Below are positions 57,356 to 64,000 of a DNA stretch of 64,000 nucleotides, piece by piece. The notes under the pieces are model-generated. The model was given only the letters and a program-made list of their open reading frames with translations. It searched no databases and had not been told where the DNA came from. Made by a program: the position numbers and the translations under genes. Source of the stretch: Candidatus Shikimatogenerans bostrichidophilus (GTDB taxonomy: Bacteria > Bacteroidota > Bacteroidia > Flavobacteriales > Blattabacteriaceae); contig CP099833.1 of assembly GCA_029851385.1 (NCBI GenBank), forward strand, positions 87,455-151,454, read 5' to 3'. Each line of letters begins with the position of its first letter. Within the stretch, counting starts at the first letter, position 1.

Positions 57356-60300
57356 ATGCTATTGTTTATAGATACAGAAACTACTGGATTACCTATTAAT
57401 AATATATTTGAAAAAAAAAATATTTATAAATGGCCAAGATTGATACAAATATCTTGGCAAATGTATAATAAATATGGTAATTTAATAAGTAATAAAAATT
57501 ATTATATAAAATTAAAAAATAATTATAAAATTACTATAGAGTCTTTTAATATACATGGAATTAATAAAAGATTTTTAAATAAAAATGGAAAAAATATAAA
57601 ATATGTATTAAATGAATTTTATAATTATTTAAAAAGATCTAAATATTTAATAGGTTTTAATATAGGTTTTGATATAAACATTTTAATATCTGAATATTTT
57701 AGATATAATAATAAAAAACCAATAAGAATTTTAAAAAAAAAAAAGAAAATAGATATACAAAAAATTTTATTATTTAATTATAATAAATGGATAAGTTTAG
57801 AAAAATTATATTCTATATTTTATGGATATAATAAATATAGATTACATAATTCTTATATAGATATAAATATTACTATTTTATGTTTTTTAAAATTATTATA
57901 TTATAAAATATTAATTTTTAATTTTAAGTTTAATATTTTGAATATTTATAACAATATTCCTTTATTAAAGGAAGTAAAACAAAAAAAGATATGTAATCAT
58001 AATATGAATAAAGAAATATTATTTTTCAATATTCATAATCATACACATTATAATATATTAAGTTCAACAATAAAAATACATGGTTTAATTAATAAAGCTA
58101 TAAAATATAATATGAAAGCTGTAGGTATATGTGATAATAATATGATGGGAGCTTTCGAATTTATTAAGGAAATAAATAAAATTAATAAAATAAAAGGTAT
58201 TTTAAGTTATAATATTTTTATACGTGATAAAAATAAATTTTTTAATCATGTATTAGTAGTAAAAAATACTATAGGTTATTATAATTTAATAAAAATATCT
58301 ACACATAGTTATTTATATAATTGCTATAGCTTTGACAATAATAAAAATAATAACATTTATTATATAGATAAAAAAACTGTAAAAAAATATAGTAAAGGTT
58401 TAATTTTTTTAACTGGTAATTTAAATTCAGAAATTTCATATTATATTATTAAAAATAAAATAAAAAAAGCAGAAAAAATTTTATTATATTGGAAAAAAAT
58501 ATTTAATAAAGATATTTATATAGAAATTTTTATAAATAAAATAAAAAATGAAAATAAAGTTAATAAAGTTTTATTAAAATTTTCTAAAAAACATAATATA
58601 TTATATATAAATCAATATGATTCTTATTATTTAAATAAAAAGGATTATATATACAATGATATATTATTTTGTATAAAAAATAAAATTACTTTTTTAGAAG
58701 ATATAAAAGAAGAAAAAAAAAAATATATAAAACGATTACCTAATAATAATTTTTATTTTAAAAAATATATAGATATTAAAGAGTTATATAAAAATTATAA
58801 AGAAGGTTTTTATAATTTAAAAGAAATATATGATAAAATAGAAAATATAAAATTTAAAAATAATATTTTATTACCTAAAAAATTTGATATACCAAGTAAA
58901 ATAAAGAATAAATATAATAAAGATGAAGTAAATTATTATTATTTAAAATATTTAACATATAAAGGTGCTAAAAAAAAATATGGTAAATTAAATAAGAAAA
59001 TAATTTTAAGAATTAAAAAAGAGTTAAATCTAATAAGAATTAAAGAATTTACTAATTATTTTTTAATAGTTAAAGACATTATAGAAATAGCTAAAAAACA
59101 TGATGTTGATATAGGACCCGGTAGAGGTTCTGTAGCTGGCTCTATAATAGCCTATTGTTTAGATATTACTAAAATAGATCCATTAAAATATAAATTATTA
59201 TTTGAAAGATTTTTAAATATATATCGGAAAAAAATGCCTGATATTGACTTAGATTTAAATTATAAAACTAGAAAAATATTAATTAATCATTTAATTAAAA
59301 AATATAATAAAAGTTATGTAAGTTATATAATTACTTATGGTAAAATAGGTGCGAAAACCGCTATAAGAGATTGTAGTCGTGTATTTAATTTACCACTTAG
59401 TAATGTAAGCTATCTTACTAGTTTAATAGAAAATAAAGGTTCTATAAAAGATTTATTAAATAAAATTAATAAAAAAAAAAATTATATTAATGAAAAAGAT
59501 TATAAGAAAATATATTATTTTAATAAAATAATGAATGTTAAGATAAGTTTAGATAGCTTTGTTTTAAATATAGCAAAAAATTTAGAAAACTTAATAAGAA
59601 ATATAGGTGTACATGCTTGTGGTATAATTATATCTAACGAAAAATTAAATAATTATATACCTTTATTAAAGGTATATAATAATTCAATGAATAAAGATAT
59701 AATAATTACACAGTATGATTCAATTTCTATTGAGAATTTAGGTTTACTAAAAATAGATCTATTAGGATTACGTACTTTAGCTGTTATTAAAGAATCTTTA
59801 TTAAAGATAAAAAAAAATAAAAAAAAATTTAAATTAAATTTAAAAGATAAACATACTTATAGACTTTTCCATAATAATCAAACTACTGGTATTTTTCAAT
59901 ATGAATCAAAAGGTATAAAGATAATAGCTTCTACATTTAAGGCAAGAAAATTCAAAGAATTAATAGATTTTAATGCTTTATATAGACCTGGACCTTTACA
60001 ATATATTCCTATTTATATAAAAAGGAAAAATGGTATTGAAAAAGTAGAATATGATTTACCTATTATGAAAAAATATTTGAAAGATACATATGGTATAACT
60101 ATCTATCAAGAACAAGTAATATTATTAGCAAAAATTATATCTGGTATTAATGAATATGAAGCTGATCTTCTTAGAGAAGCTATTGCAAAAAAAAATAAAA
60201 TTGCTTTAAGTACGTTAAAAGATAAATTTTTTAATAATTCTTTAAAAAAGGGATATAGTATAAATATATTAAATAAAATTTGGACAGATTGGGAATCTTT

Positions 60301-61516
60301 TGTGTCTTATGCTTTTAATAAATCTCATGCTACTTGTTATGCTTATCTTACCTATAAAACTGCTTATTTAAAAAGGAATTATGAAAAAGAATTTTGGTCA
60401 AGTATTTTAAATAATTATATACAGAATAGTAAAAAACAAAGTGTACTATTGAATGAAGCTATTAATATGGGGTTAAGATTTTTATTACCTAATATTAATG
60501 AAAGTACTAATGAATTTATAGTATATAAAAATAAATATATAAGATATAGTTTATCTGGTATTAAAGGGTTAGGTGAAAAATCTACTTTATCTATATTAAA
60601 ATCTAGGTCTTCTACTAAATTTAGATCTATATTAGATTTCTTATATAGAGTAGATCTAAGAATTATTAATAAAAGATTAATTAAAATATTAATATTGACT
60701 GGTAGTTTAGACGTATTTAAAATTTCAAGATTTAAATATTTTTTACATGATAGTACTCATAATATTCCTAAAATAGAATTATTAATAAAAAGTATATCTT
60801 TATATAAAAAACAAAATAAAACTTATTCTTTTATAAAAAAAAAATTTAAAAATTATTTTGAAATAGATAATACTTTAGAAAAAAAAAATAAAAATGATAT
60901 TAATATTATAGAGTATAATAGAAAAGAAATAGAATATTTAGGTGGTAATTTGTTTAAAGATTTATATTATAAAAAATATATAATATTTAATATTATAAAT
61001 TTAATTGAATACAAAACAATTTCTACTGTTAATAATGTAATATTATTGTCGGGTATAATATTAAAATTTTATAAATATAGGAATATATATAACTTAAAAA
61101 TTTTATATTATGATAATAATAAAAAAATATTTCAAAACATTAATATAGATAATAATAAAATTGATATAGTAAAAAAAAAAATTAATAAAGATATATATAA
61201 AAATAATATAATAGTTTTAAAAATATTTAATAATAAAATATATGATATAAGAATATTAAAGAAATTATTAAAAGGTATTAAATCTCTTTATATAAAAATA
61301 TATAAAAAATTTTATTATAACTCATGTTATAGAATTATAAAAAACATAATAAAATTATTAAAAAATATAAAAAGCAAAAATATTAAATGTATATATTTTA
61401 AAGTTTATAATAAAAAAAAAGAAATTATATATAAGAAAAAATATAAAACTAAATTAAATATAAATATTTTATATAAAATTAAAAAAAAATATCCTAATCT
61501 ATATATTAAAATATAA
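57356..61516 (+). CDS. dnaE: DNA polymerase III alpha subunit with an N-terminal DEDDh 3'-5' exonuclease
   Basis: FIDTETTGLP, HNHT (PHP), GPGRGSVAGS, LLFERFLN, PDIDLD, GLLKIDLLGL, YAFNKSHA. True start taken as the ATG after tRNA-Leu. Confidence 0.96.
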   Translation: MLLFIDTETTGLPINNIFEKKNIYKWPRLIQISWQMYNKYGNLISNKNYYIKLKNNYKITIESFNIHGINKRFLNKNGKNIKYVLNEFYNYLKRSKYLIGFNIGFDINILISEYFRYNNKKPIRILKKKKKIDIQKILLFNYNKWISLEKLYSIFYGYNKYRLHNSYIDINITILCFLKLLYYKILIFNFKFNILNIYNNIPLLKEVKQKKICNHNMNKEILFFNIHNHTHYNILSSTIKIHGLINKAIKYNMKAVGICDNNMMGAFEFIKEINKINKIKGILSYNIFIRDKNKFFNHVLVVKNTIGYYNLIKISTHSYLYNCYSFDNNKNNNIYYIDKKTVKKYSKGLIFLTGNLNSEISYYIIKNKIKKAEKILLYWKKIFNKDIYIEIFINKIKNENKVNKVLLKFSKKHNILYINQYDSYYLNKKDYIYNDILFCIKNKITFLEDIKEEKKKYIKRLPNNNFYFKKYIDIKELYKNYKEGFYNLKEIYDKIENIKFKNNILLPKKFDIPSKIKNKYNKDEVNYYYLKYLTYKGAKKKYGKLNKKIILRIKKELNLIRIKEFTNYFLIVKDIIEIAKKHDVDIGPGRGSVAGSIIAYCLDITKIDPLKYKLLFERFLNIYRKKMPDIDLDLNYKTRKILINHLIKKYNKSYVSYIITYGKIGAKTAIRDCSRVFNLPLSNVSYLTSLIENKGSIKDLLNKINKKKNYINEKDYKKIYYFNKIMNVKISLDSFVLNIAKNLENLIRNIGVHACGIIISNEKLNNYIPLLKVYNNSMNKDIIITQYDSISIENLGLLKIDLLGLRTLAVIKESLLKIKKNKKKFKLNLKDKHTYRLFHNNQTTGIFQYESKGIKIIASTFKARKFKELIDFNALYRPGPLQYIPIYIKRKNGIEKVEYDLPIMKKYLKDTYGITIYQEQVILLAKIISGINEYEADLLREAIAKKNKIALSTLKDKFFNNSLKKGYSINILNKIWTDWESFVSYAFNKSHATCYAYLTYKTAYLKRNYEKEFWSSILNNYIQNSKKQSVLLNEAINMGLRFLLPNINESTNEFIVYKNKYIRYSLSGIKGLGEKSTLSILKSRSSTKFRSILDFLYRVDLRIINKRLIKILILTGSLDVFKISRFKYFLHDSTHNIPKIELLIKSISLYKKQNKTYSFIKKKFKNYFEIDNTLEKKNKNDINIIEYNRKEIEYLGGNLFKDLYYKKYIIFNIINLIEYKTISTVNNVILLSGIILKFYKYRNIYNLKILYYDNNKKIFQNINIDNNKIDIVKKKINKDIYKNNIIVLKIFNNKIYDIRILKKLLKGIKSLYIKIYKKFYYNSCYRIIKNIIKLLKNIKSKNIKCIYFKVYNKKKEIIYKKKYKTKLNINILYKIKKKYPNLYIKI

Positions 61517-62384
61517 TATTTTTATTAAAAATATTTTCTATATTATATTTTTTTTTTTTACATACAAGATGTTTAGTTTTGTATTTTCTTTTTTTATAAA
61601 TTATACCTATTGGTATAGGTAATTTTTTATTTATAATATAGAAGTTAGATAATAAAAATGATTTATATAAATTATATATATTATGAATCCATATATTTTT
61701 AAATTTTTTATTATTATTTTTTATAATAGGTTTATTATTTTTTAATAATATACATTTATTATTATAAATTAATTTATAATTATTTTTTAAATATATTATA
61801 TTATTAATTTTATTTTTTATATTATTATATATAGGACAATTTTGTATAATTTCTACACATGAAGTACCTATATGTTTATTCGCATAGTATAAAGTTTTTC
61901 TTAAATGTATAGGATTATTATATAATGTTTTAGCTACAAATGTTGCTCCAGAACTTAACATAAGTGCTATAATATTGAATGAATTATTGTTATAATTGCT
62001 ATATGATTTTTGTCCTTTCGTTAGTGCATATATACCATTATTAAATATTAATATATTTATATTTATATTTCTTCTTATAGTATGTAATAAATGTTTTAAT
62101 CCTATAGAAAAACTATCTCCATCACCAGTAATTAACCATACATTAAATTTTTTATTTGATAATTTAATACCTGTTGCTATTGAAAAGGCTCTACCATGAA
62201 TAGTATGTACTCCCTTAAATTTAATATAATACGGAAGTCTAGAAGAACATCCTATACCAGATACTATAACAATATATTTTTTTTTTATTTTTAATAAACT
62301 TAATACTTTTGATAACTGATTAATTATAGAATAATTACCACATCCTAAACACCATTTAATTTTATTATATTTTATATTATTCAT
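61506..62384 (-). CDS. korB: 2-oxoacid:ferredoxin oxidoreductase beta subunit
   Basis: WCLGCG, VSGIGCSSR, HTIHGR, GDGD..SIG, NN.IY.LTKGQ.S, EI.QNC. Start moved to the ATG at 62384. Confidence 0.9.
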   Translation of the reverse strand: MNNIKYNKIKWCLGCGNYSIINQLSKVLSLLKIKKKYIVIVSGIGCSSRLPYYIKFKGVHTIHGRAFSIATGIKLSNKKFNVWLITGDGDSFSIGLKHLLHTIRRNININILIFNNGIYALTKGQKSYSNYNNNSFNIIALMLSSGATFVAKTLYNNPIHLRKTLYYANKHIGTSCVEIIQNCPIYNNIKNKINNIIYLKNNYKLIYNNKCILLKNNKPIIKNNNKKFKNIWIHNIYNLYKSFLLSNFYIINKKLPIPIGIIYKKRKYKTKHLVCKKKKYNIENIFNKNIIF

Positions 62385-62417
62385 TTTATTAATTAAATTT
62401 ATAATATAAGTATTACC

Positions 62418-62500
62418 CCCCAAGTGGCGAAATTGGTATACGCTCTGATCTCAAAAATCAGTGATTAATAATCATATGGGTTCGAATCCCATCTTGGGGA
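62418..62500 (+). tRNA. tRNA-Leu(CAA)
   Basis: CCCCAAG/CTTGGGG A acceptor stem; CTGAT CT CAA AA ATCAG anticodon arm; variable arm present. Confidence 0.94.
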
Positions 62501-62515
62501 TAAAATAATAATAAT

Positions 62516-64000
62516 ATGATTAATTTTATTAAAAAAAAAATTAAAGAATATATCAATAAAAAAAAAAAATATATTTTTGTTTTACCAAATAAATATTATA
62601 AAGATATAATAAAAAAAATTTATATAAAGTATACGAATAAAAAAATAGGTATTATACCTAATATATTTTATACTAAAAAAGAATTAATAGAAAGTATTTC
62701 AAATTTAAAAATTACAAATGATTTTATATATTTCATAAAAGTTTTTATGAATATACTGTTGTTAGTAAAATATAAAATTAATAATTACGATATTATATTC
62801 TTTTTTAAACTTTTAAATGATTTAAAATTTATAAATACTAATTTAATTAATTTAAAATTAATTATTAAAAATTATTTTAATTATTATAAAATATCCAAAT
62901 GGTATCCTGACAAGAATAAAAACATAAAAAATAATATTAAAAAATATTTACTGCTATATAAAAAATTTAATAGTCAAATATATATTAACAAAAAAGTTAG
63001 TTACGAATTCGCTTTAAAGATAGCATATAGAAAAATTAATTCATTTAAAAAACGGATAAATAACAATAAAATTATATTTATAGGTAAAATTTTAGTAAAT
63101 AAATTAGAAAAAAAAATAAAAAATAAATTAAATAATCTAAGTAAATTTTATTATAGTAAAAAACAATTTTATAATAAGAAAAATATAATAAAAACTGATA
63201 CTAATATAAATAAATATTTATTTATAAAAAAAAGAATAAAAAAAAATAAAAAAGTAACAATAATATTTACTAATAATAAAATTGACAATACATTTTTAAA
63301 TTTTTTTAAAAACAAAAATTTATTTAAGATTAATTTTAATTTATTTTATTACTATAATGAATTACCGATACATAGTTTTTTAAAAAATTTTTTAGATTTA
63401 TTAAAATATAATTTTTTAAAAATTGAATATAATTTATTCTTCGATTTTATATATAATAATAATATAAAATTTTTTTTAAGTAATAAACATCTAATTAAAA
63501 TATATAAAGTATTAGAAAACAAGATGTTTAATAAATATATAACATTAAATATAAAATTATTTAAATATTCTATATTTTATAAAATTTTAACAAATCTTAA
63601 CAAAGTAGATAAATTTTTATTAAATTTTAAAAAAATAATAAAAATATTATTAAAAAATAATAAAAATAATATTATTGATTATATATATTTAAAAAATATA
63701 AAAAGATTAATAAATTTTTTATATTCTATTAAAAGTAGTATAAATCTTAATAACATATATACTATATTTAATTTATACATATTTTATAATAATAGTATAA
63801 GCTTAATAAATGTTAATTTAAGATCAAATATAGAAATAATAAATTTTAAATCTTTATATGAAGAAAATATTGTAAATTATAATAATTACTGTTATTTAAT
63901 ATTAAATAAGAATTATAATTTATTATTAGAATCTAATTTAAATTATTTTATAACTAATAAAATAAATTATAGAAAATATTATTTAAATTATAATAAAATT
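62516..64000 (+). CDS. Probable AddB-like PD-(D/E)xK nuclease family protein, N-terminal part (runs off window)
   Basis: Not in the ORF track. MINFIKK..YIFVLPNK..IIPNIF..KELIESISNLK..KLLNDL..I..NLI..KW resembles the Flavobacterial AddB-like N-terminus. Only about the first 130 codons were translated by hand. Confidence 0.55.
   Translation, partial: MINFIKKKIKEYINKKKKYIFVLPNKYYKDIIKKIYIKYTNKKIGIIPNIFYTKKELIESISNLKITNDFIYFIKVFMNILLLVKYKINNYDIIFFFKLLNDLKFINTNLINLKLIIKNYFNYYKISKWYPDKNKNIKNNIKKYLLLYKKFNSQIYINKKVSYEFALKIAYRKINSFKKRINNNKIIFIGKILVNKLEKKIKNKLNNLSKFYYSKKQFYNKKNIIKTDTNINKYLFIKKRIKKNKKVTIIFTNNKIDNTFLNFFKNKNLFKINFNLFYYYNELPIHSFLKNFLDLLKYNFLKIEYNLFFDFIYNNNIKFFLSNKHLIKIYKVLENKMFNKYITLNIKLFKYSIFYKILTNLNKVDKFLLNFKKIIKILLKNNKNNIIDYIYLKNIKRLINFLYSIKSSINLNNIYTIFNLYIFYNNSISLINVNLRSNIEIINFKSLYEENIVNYNNYCYLILNKNYNLLLESNLNYFITNKINYRKYYLNYNKI

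Noticed and set aside
62385..62423. KorB N-terminal extension from a TTG start
   Set aside because: The TTG is antisense to the tRNA-Leu(CAA) acceptor stem; the ATG at 62384 fits better.

Overview
Very AT-rich, gene-dense segment of a highly reduced Bacteroidota (Flavobacteriales) insect-endosymbiont chromosome. The content is almost entirely informational: one rRNA operon (16S-tRNA-Ile-tRNA-Ala-23S-5S), 12 tRNA genes without encoded CCA, 9 aminoacyl-tRNA synthetases, RNA modification and processing enzymes, chaperones, and replication/repair genes. It also keeps shikimate-pathway genes (DAHP synthase/chorismate mutase, aroK, aroC), which fits a 'Ca. Shikimatogenerans'-like beetle symbiont; this is an inference. 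No mobile elements or CRISPR were seen. Most notable: (i) a DUF3127 SSB-like protein with a 69-codon poly-Asp tail built from hierarchical 15/42-bp repeats; (ii) a putative prephenate-dependent tRNA U34 hydroxylation module (U32 protein, ferredoxin, TrmR-like methyltransferase); (iii) tRNA genes abutting or overlapping CDSs, with the mutS stop codon inside tRNA-Gly and the smpB ATG 1 nt after tRNA-Arg; (iv) an altered anti-Shine-Dalgarno sequence; (v) AlaRS and ThrRS without editing domains; (vi) a gene frameshifted in a poly(A) tract. All calls come from motif recognition by eye, and rRNA ends are approximate.
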